From contig JAUWWQ010000003.1 in assembly GCA_030616775.1 (NCBI GenBank), positions 10,794 through 74,793 of the forward strand: a stretch of 64,000 nt of DNA, written 5' to 3'. The position numbers and the translations under genes are program-made. The notes below the pieces were generated by a model. That model made no database searches. It was not told the origin of the DNA and saw only the letters and a program-made list of their open reading frames with translations. Source of the DNA: Planctomycetota bacterium (GTDB lineage Bacteria; Planctomycetota; Phycisphaerae; UBA1845). This document shows, piece after piece, positions 37,028 to 46,841 of the stretch (positions are counted from its first letter, which is position 1; every line of letters begins with the position of its first letter).

Positions 37028-38938
37028 ATGATTCCTTCCGGCCGCTACGCGACCTTTGTTGTCTGTAGTCTGGCTCCATCCCTGGCACTTGCCGGGCCTC
37101 TGCCGGACCGCTTCACACTCGGTCGCTACATCCCCGGGGATGTGTGGTTTTACGTGCACAGCGTGCACAACCCCGAACGGGCCTGGCTCGATGCGGAGTG
37201 GGCGGAAGTCTGGCATGCGCTCAGAGAAAGCGGCATCGATCGCGACATCATGTTCCTCGTTGCGTCGGCGCTGAGTGGCGAGGATCGCGTCCAAACGGAA
37301 GCCACCCTCCAGAAATGGACGGCGCTACTCGAGGCGGTGCGGTGGGGTGACATTTGTGCCAGGGAGTTCGCCTTTGCAGAACGCCTGGCTAAAGGCAGTG
37401 TGGGCCCCGAATATATCGCCCTGATGCGGGGCAGACCGGACACCGCCAAGAGCAACATGGCTGGTCTGGTTTCCATCTTCAAAGAGTTCGCATCCTCGAG
37501 TGAAGACATCCTCCTGAGCGAGCGTGAGTTGGGCGATGTGCACATGTGGTCGATCGGCCCGCGTAGACCCAAGACTCCGGAACTCGTCCCCGGCTTTCAT
37601 CTCTTCCGCAAAGGGGACATCATTGGGATCGGGCTGAGCTTCGGGCGCGAGCCGTTCAGCGACGTGATCCGCTTGATGACCGGGAAGACGGACGGTTCTG
37701 CAGTCGTCGCAGCGCCGCGCTTCATCAAAGCGCTGACCCAGGTCAAGACACCCGAAGACACCGTCATGTTCTTCGACAGCAAGCAGCTATTTCAAGACAT
37801 TGATCAGCTCATGCTGTTTACCGTCGGAGGCACCGAACCGGGCTGCTGTGATGAGGACGATTCCAAGAGGGCCAGCTTGATCAGGAGCATACTGGATCTG
37901 TGCAACCTCTGGGAATACAGCATCGTTAGCATGGAAACGGAGGGAAGGCGAGAACTGACCCACACGGTCGCCCGTATCCAAGAGGGCAAGCAGAAATGCG
38001 CGCTGGCCTGCGCTCTGTTTCAGCGTAGGCCCTTTGAGCGCTTCGATGAGTTCATTCCCGCCGACGCCAGCGGGTTTAACCTTAATGGATTGTTCGATCT
38101 GGAGCAGGTATACAAGCTGGTGATCGACTTTGTCGAACGCGACGTCCCCGATGGGGCTGAATATGTCGGCGAATTGAATGACCTGCTAGCGTCAATAGGG
38201 TTCGATCCGCAGCGCGATCTGTTTAGCTGGTGGAGCGGCGAGATGATCAGCGTCACGCTCCCGCCGCCGGCGGTCACGCAGATGAGCAACTCGGATTGGG
38301 TGCTCATGTTCCGCGTCAAGAACGGTGAACTGGCATCACAGAAGGTCAACGCCGGGATCGATTTCATCAACGGCAAACTTCAGGCTGCCGGACAACCGCT
38401 TATGATATCGCCGGTTCCGGTAAAGGCCGAGGGATTTCGCCAGGTTACGCACCCGTTCATCATGGTGTTCATCCGCCCCGTGATCGGTGTCAAGGACGAG
38501 TGGCTGATCATCGGGTCCTCACCGGCGGCAATCAACAAATGCCTGGACGTCGCCGCGGGCAAAGCCCCTTCGATCCTGCAAAACGAGCGCTTCAGGGAGG
38601 AGGGATTGATACCCAAGGGCCCCGTTTCCGCCGTTTCCTTCAAGGACATGTCTAGAATGGGTGAGGAGATGAGCGAGGTGGTCGGCATACTCGGTATGGG
38701 CATGGGGATGGCAAGCGCATCCCTACCCGACACGCACAAGACGCAAGAGATCAAGGTGGTGCTTCAGAAGCTCTCCCCAATTGTGATGAAGCTCGGGCCC
38801 GTCCTTCAGAAAATCGACTTCTATAGCTCTCAATCCTCTGTAACCACGTTCGATGGACCGCTAATCATGCGGACAGAGAAGGTCGTCACTTACAAGCCCC
38901 CGTTGCCCAAAGAGGCAAAAACCGCCACCACGAAATGA
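37028..38938 (+). CDS. Hypothetical secreted protein (636 aa)
   Basis: The ATG at 37028 is preceded by GGAGGA. Signal peptide present (FVVCSLAPSLALAG). No family assigned with confidence. Confidence 0.55.
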   Translation: MIPSGRYATFVVCSLAPSLALAGPLPDRFTLGRYIPGDVWFYVHSVHNPERAWLDAEWAEVWHALRESGIDRDIMFLVASALSGEDRVQTEATLQKWTALLEAVRWGDICAREFAFAERLAKGSVGPEYIALMRGRPDTAKSNMAGLVSIFKEFASSSEDILLSERELGDVHMWSIGPRRPKTPELVPGFHLFRKGDIIGIGLSFGREPFSDVIRLMTGKTDGSAVVAAPRFIKALTQVKTPEDTVMFFDSKQLFQDIDQLMLFTVGGTEPGCCDEDDSKRASLIRSILDLCNLWEYSIVSMETEGRRELTHTVARIQEGKQKCALACALFQRRPFERFDEFIPADASGFNLNGLFDLEQVYKLVIDFVERDVPDGAEYVGELNDLLASIGFDPQRDLFSWWSGEMISVTLPPPAVTQMSNSDWVLMFRVKNGELASQKVNAGIDFINGKLQAAGQPLMISPVPVKAEGFRQVTHPFIMVFIRPVIGVKDEWLIIGSSPAAINKCLDVAAGKAPSILQNERFREEGLIPKGPVSAVSFKDMSRMGEEMSEVVGILGMGMGMASASLPDTHKTQEIKVVLQKLSPIVMKLGPVLQKIDFYSSQSSVTTFDGPLIMRTEKVVTYKPPLPKEAKTATTK

Positions 38939-38962
38939 TGGCCGTGCCGCTGCCCGTCTGGA

Positions 38963-40180
38963 TTACGTTGCGGGGCTCTCTCTGAAGGGGATGAGGCGGA
39001 TCAACCGCTCGCCCTGGAGCGACTCGACGCGGATTGCGCGTCGCCCGGCCAAAAGCTCCTCGAGCATCGCGCCGACCGTCCGGCCCCGCCAGCCATTAAG
39101 CAGTTCAACGTCGCCCCGATCCGGCGGGTGCGCTCTTGTACAATGGCCGATCAACTCGCGGATCGATTTCTTGGATGCCGCCAAGCCGTAGGCCATCTCG
39201 TGCTCCAGGCAATAGCCCCGTATGACGGCGGTCGCCAGCGAGATCAGAGCCTGTTCTTTCGGCGTTTCGGTCTCACGCGGCGTCGGTGTGGGCCACCGTT
39301 CACTCGGTATCTTCAAGGCTTTCTCCACGACCCGGCAAAGGGCACGCACGTGCCGATCGCTGAGGTTTATGCCGCGAAGAGCACGGATCTCGTCGAAGGA
39401 GTGCAGTTCGAGCTTGGCGATCTGAACAAGGAGATGGTCCCTGAGCATGGCACGAGCCGGGCGGTTTAGCCCCTTCGCCGCCGCCTCACGCCATTCCAAC
39501 AGTTCTCGTACTACTGCGAGCTGTCGACCTTTCAGCGCCCCCGCCCCCTTGACGCGCAGCAGCTTCTCCTCTTCCGCCTGACGGTAAAGCGAGATATTTT
39601 CGAGTTGGCTGAACTCCTCACGCAGCCAGTCTAACCGATCCCACTTCGACAATCGCTCATGAAGCTTCTGACGCACCGCCAGAAGGTAGCACACGTCTTC
39701 AGCCCCATATTGAATCTGTTCAGGAGCCAGCGGCCTTTTCCGCCAATCGGTCAGGGTTTTCGATTTGTGTAAACTGAAGTGCAGCGTGGCCTGAACCAGT
39801 CTCTGCAGGCTGAGGGGGTAATCGTAGCCGGCAAATCCCGCGGCCATTTGCACATCATAGATCCGGCGTGGCGCCTTACCGGCATGCTGCACGCATAGCC
39901 CCAGGTCCTCCTGACCGGCATGCACCACCGTCTCAACCTGCTCGTCGCAGACAAGCTCCCATACAGGTCTCAGGTCAAGGTCGAGGAACGGGTCGATGAC
40001 CGCGACGGAGGACTCCGTGGCGATCTGGACTAGGCAGACCTCCGGCTCGAAGCGGTCCTCCATTATGAATTCGGTGTCGAACGCAAACCGACCCTGTGCC
40101 CGGCACTCCCCGCAGACCTCTTCGATCTGTGTTTGTCGTTTGATCGTGGTGACGTACGGTGATGGTGGTCTACGACGCAT
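38963..40180 (-). CDS. rnd: Ribonuclease D (DEDDy 3'-5' exonuclease plus HRDC)
   Basis: FAFDTEF, HAGQEDL and YGAEDVCYL exonuclease motifs, with HRDC-like repeats downstream. The ATG at 40180 is preceded by GGAGG. Confidence 0.85.
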   Translation of the reverse strand: MRRRPPSPYVTTIKRQTQIEEVCGECRAQGRFAFDTEFIMEDRFEPEVCLVQIATESSVAVIDPFLDLDLRPVWELVCDEQVETVVHAGQEDLGLCVQHAGKAPRRIYDVQMAAGFAGYDYPLSLQRLVQATLHFSLHKSKTLTDWRKRPLAPEQIQYGAEDVCYLLAVRQKLHERLSKWDRLDWLREEFSQLENISLYRQAEEEKLLRVKGAGALKGRQLAVVRELLEWREAAAKGLNRPARAMLRDHLLVQIAKLELHSFDEIRALRGINLSDRHVRALCRVVEKALKIPSERWPTPTPRETETPKEQALISLATAVIRGYCLEHEMAYGLAASKKSIRELIGHCTRAHPPDRGDVELLNGWRGRTVGAMLEELLAGRRAIRVESLQGERLIRLIPFRESPAT

Positions 40181-40368
40181 TGGAGTAGCCTCCATAGCCC
40201 ATCCCGCTGCTGAGATTGGTTCGAGCGGTCTGCGTGGGCCATACGGGAAGACGCAGCCGGTCCCGGACAGCCTCAATCAATTGCCCAACAGGACAAGTGC
40301 GATACAATAGCGTCCTGGATAAGGTTTTGCCATAGAATCGGGGTTTCTTCACCACCCAGGGACCACCC

Positions 40369-42987
40369 ATGGCTAAAGCACCTGAGGTAACCAACGAGAC
40401 CATCGTCAACCACTCGCTGATCGACGAGATGCAGGATTCATACCTGACCTATTCGATGAGTGTGATCATGTCGCGCGCCCTCCCGGACGTCAGGGACGGG
40501 CTCAAGCCGTCGCAGCGGCGCATCCTGGTAGCCATGAACGACCTGAATCTCGGCCCGCGGGCCCAGACCAAGAAGTGCTCCAAAATCAGCGGTGATACCA
40601 GCGGTAACTATCACCCTCACGGAGATGCGGTCATCTATCCGACACTGGTCCGTCTGGCTCAGCCGTGGAACCTTCGCGAGCCGCTCATCAACGGCCAGGG
40701 CAACTTCGGGTCGATCGACGGCGATCCACCGGCGGCCATGAGGTACACTGAAGCTCGGATGGCCCGCGCCGCCACGGTCATGCTCGAGGACATCGAGCTT
40801 GATACCGTCGACTTCGTTCCGAACTACGATAACTCGCGCCAGGAGCCCACCGTGCTGCCGGCCAGGTTCCCCAACCTGCTGGTCAACGGAGCCACCGGAA
40901 TCGCGGTCGGGATGGCTACGAACCTGCCGCCGCACAATGTCGGTGAGGTGTGCGACGCGCTTCTTAAGCATCTGGACAACCCCGAAGCGACGCTCACGGA
41001 GTTAATGCAGGTTCTGCCTGGTCCCGATTTCCCAACGGGCGGGCAAATCTGCGGCCGCCGTGGCATCGTCGATGCCTATAGCACTGGCCGTGGGAGCATA
41101 ACCCTTCGAGGGCGATGCCACGTTGAGGAAGGGCGTGGCCGCAAGAGCACTATCGTGATCACTGAGATCCCCTATGGCGTGCTGCGCAGCACGATCACGG
41201 AGAAGACCGCCGACGCTGTGCGATCCGGGTCGATCAAGGATGTGGCCGCGGTCAATGACGCCTCCGACCGCAAACACGCGGTCCGGATCGAAATCGACCT
41301 CAAGAGCGGCGCCAACGAAGATGTGATCATGAATCAGCTCTTCGAGTACACGCCGCTGCAGACGAACTACCACATCATGAACATCGCCCTGGTGGATCGC
41401 CAGCCGCGCACGCTGACGCTCAAACAGCTTCTTAGCCTCTACGTTGACCACCGCAAGGAGGTCATCCGGCGACGCACGTCGTTCCTGCTGCGGCGCGCCA
41501 AGCAACGGGCGCACATCCTCGAGGGGTTGATCCTGGCCATCGGTGACATCGACGAGATTATCGAGCTTATCAAGAAGTCTCCCGACCCCGCCGTTGCGAA
41601 AGAAGCGTTAATGGCCCACCCGCTGCGACTCGCCGCCCAGGCAACATTGCGTAGGTTGCTTCCGGAGGCGTTCGTGGAACGCTATTCATCAAGCGAGCAC
41701 CACCTGACCGGTGTCCAGGCGGGTGCAATATTGTCGATGCAACTTCAGCGGCTGACCGGCTTGGAGATCGAGAAACTCGCCGGCGACTACTCCAAGCTCG
41801 TCGATGAAATCGAGGGGTACGAAGTCATCCTGCGCGACGAGAATCGCGTGTTGGACATCATCCGCGAAGACCTCCACGACATGAAACAGAAGTTCACCGG
41901 CAAGCGGCGCACCGAGATCGTCGAGGCGGTCGGTGAATTCCGGATGGAGGAGTTGATCCCCGACGAGCAGGTCGTGGTAACCATATCGCGGCAGGGGTAC
42001 ATCAAGCGCACCGACATCGACTCCTACCGAAGGCAGGGACGCGGCGGCAAGGGGATACGCGGCAGTGCTCCCAAAGAGGGTGATTTCCTGGAGCATCTGT
42101 TTGTCGTCTCCACCCACGACTTTCTGCTTTTCTTCACCGATCGGGGTCGCGTCTACTGGGCTCGGGTCTACGACCTTCCGGTCATGAGCCGGACGTCGCG
42201 GGGCCGGTCAATAGCCAACCTCTTGCGAATGCAACCCAACGAGTCGCATCGGGCGGTGCTTCCGGTCAGACAATTCGAAGAGTCTTACGTTTTCTTCGCC
42301 ACCAAGAAGGGCACGGTGAAAAAGACGCCCATGGCAGCATTTAGCCGACCTCGACCCAGCGGCATTATCGCCATCACGCTTGATCTGGACGATTCCCTTA
42401 TCAACGTTGAGCGGACCACGGGTGACAATCAGATCGTCCTGGGGACGCACAACGGCATGGCCGTTCGCTTCCAGGAAAGCGACGTTCGCGCCATGGGGCG
42501 CAGTGCCCGTGGTGTCAGAGGGATGACGCTTAATGGTGAGGACTCAGTTGTCTCGATGGTGGCGACAAAACCCGGCGATTCGCTGCTGACCGTCTGTGAA
42601 AACGGTTTTGGCAAGCGAACCGGCATCGAGGAGTACCGCAAGACTCGCCGCGGCGGCAAGGGGGTCATCAACATCAAGGTGACCCAGCGCAACGGCTACG
42701 TTGTAGCCATTCAAGCGGTCGGCGACGACGACGAACTGATGATGATTACTGCCAACGGGATGATGCTGCGAACCGATCTGCAAGCTGTTCGGGCGATCGG
42801 GCGGGCGACCCAGGGTGTCCGGCTAATCCGGCTCGCTCAAGGGGATCGGGTGGTCGCGGTGGCGAAGATCGCGCCGGAAGACGAGGAGTCAGGGCCGAAC
42901 GGCAGTGTCAGTGAGGCTGGGAATGGCCCGGAAGACGCAGCCTCCCAGGGCGCTGAGGCATCAGATACGGAGGCTACCGGGGAATAG
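40369..42987 (+). CDS. gyrA: DNA gyrase subunit A
   Basis: SRALPDVRDGLKPSQRRIL, the active-site region AAMRYTE, and C-terminal beta-pinwheel repeats. Confidence 0.97.
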   Translation: MAKAPEVTNETIVNHSLIDEMQDSYLTYSMSVIMSRALPDVRDGLKPSQRRILVAMNDLNLGPRAQTKKCSKISGDTSGNYHPHGDAVIYPTLVRLAQPWNLREPLINGQGNFGSIDGDPPAAMRYTEARMARAATVMLEDIELDTVDFVPNYDNSRQEPTVLPARFPNLLVNGATGIAVGMATNLPPHNVGEVCDALLKHLDNPEATLTELMQVLPGPDFPTGGQICGRRGIVDAYSTGRGSITLRGRCHVEEGRGRKSTIVITEIPYGVLRSTITEKTADAVRSGSIKDVAAVNDASDRKHAVRIEIDLKSGANEDVIMNQLFEYTPLQTNYHIMNIALVDRQPRTLTLKQLLSLYVDHRKEVIRRRTSFLLRRAKQRAHILEGLILAIGDIDEIIELIKKSPDPAVAKEALMAHPLRLAAQATLRRLLPEAFVERYSSSEHHLTGVQAGAILSMQLQRLTGLEIEKLAGDYSKLVDEIEGYEVILRDENRVLDIIREDLHDMKQKFTGKRRTEIVEAVGEFRMEELIPDEQVVVTISRQGYIKRTDIDSYRRQGRGGKGIRGSAPKEGDFLEHLFVVSTHDFLLFFTDRGRVYWARVYDLPVMSRTSRGRSIANLLRMQPNESHRAVLPVRQFEESYVFFATKKGTVKKTPMAAFSRPRPSGIIAITLDLDDSLINVERTTGDNQIVLGTHNGMAVRFQESDVRAMGRSARGVRGMTLNGEDSVVSMVATKPGDSLLTVCENGFGKRTGIEEYRKTRRGGKGVINIKVTQRNGYVVAIQAVGDDDELMMITANGMMLRTDLQAVRAIGRATQGVRLIRLAQGDRVVAVAKIAPEDEESGPNGSVSEAGNGPEDAASQGAEASDTEATGE

Positions 42988-43196
42988 ACGGCGTGGAGTC
43001 TACTGGGCGCCTTGATGCACCCAAAGGCAGTCGTATCGGGTATACCTTAATGACCGCACCTGAAGCCGCGGCGGTTCCGAAAACCTGGGCGAAATCGGTG
43101 TTTGCCGGGTTTTTCCATTGGCAGACGCACTCGGAGGCCGAATAATAGCGGTATGAGGATAGGCAACGCCCGATGTATTGGCGACTCTAAGGGGTG

Positions 43197-43769
43197 ATGA
43201 TGACAAGGCGTAATCTGTGGTTGACGGTGTCGGTGACGGCCATAACGGCATTGGCGTCAGGCCCATCGGCAAGCGCCCAGGCAATCCTGGACGGGCGAAC
43301 GGCGTTTGAAAACTATGACCTGGCCCAAGGCAACCCGCCCGGGAACATGGTTTCCAACGGTTTTGCCCGTGCCCAGGCGTCAGCCGATGGGGCTCTCGCC
43401 CAAGTCCTGGCACCGGAGATTACCGAGACGGAGTCGACATCGATCCGCGCCCAATTCCTTGTCACGGCAATCGAAACCGTCTTTGATCAGCTCGAGCGGA
43501 CGCTTTTGTTCCTGGCCAATCGCTGGCTTGCCCGCGCCGGCTTAGCCCCGCTCCTTCCGACCGATCTGTTCTTCCCGTCCACAGACTCCGGCAGCGGTGA
43601 TGGCGCTGACGACGGCCTGGACATCGGTGACTTGATCGACCAGATCGACGGCGACACGGCTCCGCCCGGCTCGGACTCAACCGATTCGACAGACTCAGGC
43701 GACTCCTCCGATACTGATTCAACGGATGACAACGGCGGCCGCCGCCCCGGCAGAACCGGCCGCGGTTAG
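43197..43769 (+). CDS. Secreted hypothetical protein with an acidic Asp/Ser/Thr-rich tail
   Basis: Signal peptide (LWLTVSVTAITALASGPSASAQA). The tail reads DSTDSTDSGDSSDTDSTDD. Confidence 0.5.
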   Translation: MMTRRNLWLTVSVTAITALASGPSASAQAILDGRTAFENYDLAQGNPPGNMVSNGFARAQASADGALAQVLAPEITETESTSIRAQFLVTAIETVFDQLERTLLFLANRWLARAGLAPLLPTDLFFPSTDSGSGDGADDGLDIGDLIDQIDGDTAPPGSDSTDSTDSGDSSDTDSTDDNGGRRPGRTGRG

Positions 43770-43801
43770 GCACCCCCACCCCCGCCACCGGGTTCGCAGG
43801 C

Positions 43802-44869
43802 TCACGCCGCCGAAGCTGGTCTCCGGCGCAGTATGATTGATCCCGCCACTAACACGAGCACCGTCATCACAACAAGGCCCCATTCGGAGACGGCGGGGAT
43901 GAGCGGACGGACTTCGGCGACACGGAACCCAAGGTTGTTGTTCTCGTTCGTCGGGGTGAGGCTGCTGCGGCCCGCCGCGAGCAGGAGGACATGGCTGTAG
44001 TAGAACGACCCGCCGCGGATAACACGATTCGAATCGTAAAGCACCGCTTCGTTCCATTCCCACACGTTCCCGCCCTGGTCGTATGTAGCGTACGCGCTGT
44101 CGGAAGGCTTCTCATTATATGCGCCAACCTCGGTCCTGTAGTGCGTGGGATCGACGTAGCCGCCGCTGTTGTAGTTCGCCGACCCGTTCGTCATGTCCGT
44201 ACCGGGCGGCGCCTCCGCTGTCGGTGCCGTGTCCGATTGCGTCGGGTAATCGTAGTAGTTGCCGGTCACGCCGTCGTTTAGGTGATACGCCGCCTTGTAC
44301 CACTCGTCCTCCGAGGGAATCACCCACGTGGCGTCCGGCCCACGCACCACCGCCAGTAGCACGGCATCGCTCATCGCGCCGTTGAGGAAGTAGGATCCGT
44401 CTTCCGTTGTGATTAGGTCCTGTGCCCCGGTCGGTTGGCCGTTATGCAGCCAGTTGGCGAACCGAGCCGCGTCGCCCCAGGACACGTAGTTCACCGGACG
44501 ATCCGTCCACTCCGCACCCGCCACGTAGCTGTAATGGGGCGACGAGCCGGTGCGTTCGATCTTGCAGCCGTAGACGTCGCTCCACATGCCCGTGTTGTAC
44601 AAGCCGTACGTGTCCTCGTCCGCCACGGCGTTGAGAAACTCCGTGTACTGCCCGGCGGTTACCTCGAACGTACCAATGTTGTAGACGTAGTCCACCGCCC
44701 CGCAGATGCGGTCGGGCCCCCACCCGTCCGGCTCACTGCCGCCTGAATTCTCCCCGGCGTTGCCCGGGTTGCCGACGGTCACGGTGTCAATGACTACCTC
44801 CGCCCGCGCGCCGGAGACGCAGGCCAACACCACTGCTGCCATTGCCGCAAATCTTGCCACGCTATTCAT
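43802..44869 (-). CDS. SUMF1/FGE-sulfatase-domain protein with an IPTL-CTERM sorting signal
   Basis: FGE-type motifs (YNIGTFEVTAGQYTEFLNAV, VSWGDAARFANW, RVIRGGSF). The C-terminus IPAVSEWGLVVMTVLVLVAGSIILRRR matches the IPTL-CTERM pattern. Confidence 0.8.
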   Translation of the reverse strand: MNSVARFAAMAAVVLACVSGARAEVVIDTVTVGNPGNAGENSGGSEPDGWGPDRICGAVDYVYNIGTFEVTAGQYTEFLNAVADEDTYGLYNTGMWSDVYGCKIERTGSSPHYSYVAGAEWTDRPVNYVSWGDAARFANWLHNGQPTGAQDLITTEDGSYFLNGAMSDAVLLAVVRGPDATWVIPSEDEWYKAAYHLNDGVTGNYYDYPTQSDTAPTAEAPPGTDMTNGSANYNSGGYVDPTHYRTEVGAYNEKPSDSAYATYDQGGNVWEWNEAVLYDSNRVIRGGSFYYSHVLLLAAGRSSLTPTNENNNLGFRVAEVRPLIPAVSEWGLVVMTVLVLVAGSIILRRRPASAA

Positions 44870-45160
44870 CGCCGTACCCTCCTTTGAGGGAAATCAAGAA
44901 CCCATCACTCCCAGGTTGCCCCTCGTTCGTCCCCAGAAGCGTACGTTGGGCATGCCTTCATCAGCCAAATTGCGTGGGGGAAGATACTTCCCCCCCATTG
45001 CCTACCATGAGCCATCATTCTAACCCGATCGCTGGCCGTGCACCAATAGCCGGATTCCGGACCGCCTGCCCAGCGGTGCATCCCGAAAAAGGTGGCAGAA
45101 GCTCACCGGGTGACATGGACAAGCGGTAGCTTGCCTGTGCAAACCGCTCTCACGGGCAAA

Positions 45161-45178
45161 TCCCGACGTACGTCGGGA
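45161..45178. promoter_or_regulatory. Perfect 18-bp palindrome TCCCGACGTACGTCGGGA, candidate operator in a divergent promoter region
   Basis: Read directly. It lies 29 nt upstream of a -35 box and 85 nt upstream of the regulator ATG. Confidence 0.4.
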
Positions 45179-45206
45179 CCCGTGCCACTCCGCCCGTCAG
45201 GTGCGC

Positions 45207-45235
45207 TTGACAGGAGATAAGGGCACGCCTATCAT
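45207..45235 (+). promoter_or_regulatory. Sigma70-like promoter: TTGACA, 17-nt spacer, TATCAT
   Basis: Consensus -35 and a near-consensus -10. Followed by AAAGGA (45251-45256) and the ATG at 45263. Confidence 0.5.
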
Positions 45236-45262
45236 TTTCAGAACGTTTTGAAAGGACTGCGC

Positions 45263-45808
45263 ATGCCTGAAACGCCTGTCGAAGCAGCTAAGAGCTTGTA
45301 CATCCGACGTTGGGGGGAGATGGCAGCCAGTTGGGGCATCAGCCGGACAATGGCCGAGATCCACGCCCTGCTCTATCTGGCCAGCGAGCCATTGTGCACC
45401 GACGACGTGATGGAGCAGCTCGCCGTATCCCGCGGTAGTGCCAGCATGAACCTGCGCGAACTGGTTAACTGGGGCCTGATCCGCCGCATCCACCGCCGCG
45501 GCGACCGGAAAGAGTACTTCGACGCCGAAAGAGATGTCTGGCAGATGTTTGACACCATTGTGCGCGAGCGGCGTCGCCGGGAGGTGCAGCCGATCGTTGA
45601 GACCATCGAGCGGTGTCTCAAAATGATCGGCGAGGGGAAGCGTGGTCTCCGCGGCCAGGCTGGGAAGAACGCCGAGGCTTATAAGCGGCGCTTCACGGAC
45701 ATTCTCGATTTCTGTGAGATCATGAATACACTGTTCAACCTCATGAGCAAGACGGGCCGGAGTGGACTCAAGCCGCTGGCGGCAACGCTGGGCAAGCTGG
45801 CCGGGTAG
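45263..45808 (+). CDS. GbsR/MarR-family winged-helix transcriptional regulator
   Basis: WGISRTMAEIHALLYL....L..DD.ME.L.VSRGSASMNLRELV.WGL is typical of GbsR-like regulators. Confidence 0.75.
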   Translation: MPETPVEAAKSLYIRRWGEMAASWGISRTMAEIHALLYLASEPLCTDDVMEQLAVSRGSASMNLRELVNWGLIRRIHRRGDRKEYFDAERDVWQMFDTIVRERRRREVQPIVETIERCLKMIGEGKRGLRGQAGKNAEAYKRRFTDILDFCEIMNTLFNLMSKTGRSGLKPLAATLGKLAG

Positions 45809-46031
45809 CCGCGGTGTGCTTTCACCAGTGAGGCACGGTCCGGAAGAAACAGCGTGGGCACGGGGGCGCCGAACGCGGCCTGGGACCGAAACGGCCCTTG
45901 GAGGCTCCGAAACGGGGTCTTCCGGTCGGATTTGGCTAAATATTACCCCGGCCTGCCCGAATCCCAGATTGAATGATCCCGTGGGCCGATGTCGTGGCTC
46001 CGGGGAGACATAAGTTCGACGGAGTCTGATC

Positions 46032-46631
46032 ATGACTGGCCAAACTCGAATGTCACCGTTGACGGCCCTTTTCATCGGTCTCTTTGGCGTCGGAGCCGTG
46101 GGGATCGCCTCCGGGACACTGGTGGTGTTGTATGGAATGCGGATTATCGACACCAGGGCGGGTGAGGTGCTGGGGTTCGCCGACAGCACCATCAGCCAAA
46201 CGCTCGATGGGTTGCCTGCGATGCTTGATTCGCTTCCGAAGGCAGTGCAGGAGCTACTTGGCGATCGAAGTGCACCGGAGTATGTCGCTAACCTCGATGT
46301 TGATGTCGACTTCGTGGTTGATGAGCGATCGAAAGGTCTCCGCCCGGTTCTTACGATCACCAACAACGGTAGCGAGGTCGTTTCATTCCTGGCCGTTCGG
46401 GTGGCGGCCCTGAATAGCCGGAGGCTGCCGATCCGGGAGTGGACCGAGGTTGTTGCCACCCCGATTGCTCTGGAGGACGGCGACTGGCGTGGGAAGCTCT
46501 ATCCCGGCAGCACGCGCTATGCTGTGGTATCGTCGGGCTGTCGCACTGTCCCGGCGGATAGGGCTGAGCAGGTCATCGGTGCGGTCGAGATCTCCGACAT
46601 TCGGATCTGGCAGCCCTCCGAGGGACTGTAA
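46032..46631 (+). CDS. Hypothetical single-pass membrane protein
   Basis: N-terminal TM segment (LTALFIGLFGVGAVGIASGTLVVLYG). Probably co-transcribed with the regulator. Confidence 0.5.
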   Translation: MTGQTRMSPLTALFIGLFGVGAVGIASGTLVVLYGMRIIDTRAGEVLGFADSTISQTLDGLPAMLDSLPKAVQELLGDRSAPEYVANLDVDVDFVVDERSKGLRPVLTITNNGSEVVSFLAVRVAALNSRRLPIREWTEVVATPIALEDGDWRGKLYPGSTRYAVVSSGCRTVPADRAEQVIGAVEISDIRIWQPSEGL

Positions 46632-46683
46632 TCCGGGTCTCGGCCAGCCACGATCGTAAAACGGAGGGCGGGACCGCTGCTTG

Positions 46684-46724
46684 CCGCGCGACGCTGGCAC
46701 CCCCAGCGAAACGCGGTTTTCTTT
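46684..46724 (+). terminator. Candidate intrinsic terminator (nested stems CCGCG..CGCTGG-CACCC-CCAGCG..CGCGG followed by TTTTCTTT)
   Basis: Read directly. It starts 53 nt after the stop at 46631. Confidence 0.5.
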
Positions 46725-46841
46725 GCGCGGGCCCGATTCGCTCACCTGAATAAGTTTTGACAATTGCCAGCCACGTCCAAAGCGTTTACATTCCCAGCCT
46801 AGTTGGAGATTTTGACTCCAAGAAACCCCAGGAGATCGATT

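Noticed and set aside
44870-45160. Possible cobalamin or other riboswitch in the long divergent region upstream of the SUMF1-like gene
   Set aside because: No B12-box or other recognisable riboswitch core was found. The adjacent palindrome and promoter offer a simpler regulatory explanation.
45197-46459. 420-aa ORF on the minus strand
   Set aside because: It overlaps both the GbsR-like regulator and the downstream membrane protein on the opposite strand. No motifs are present, and the plus-strand genes have a promoter, an SD and a terminator.
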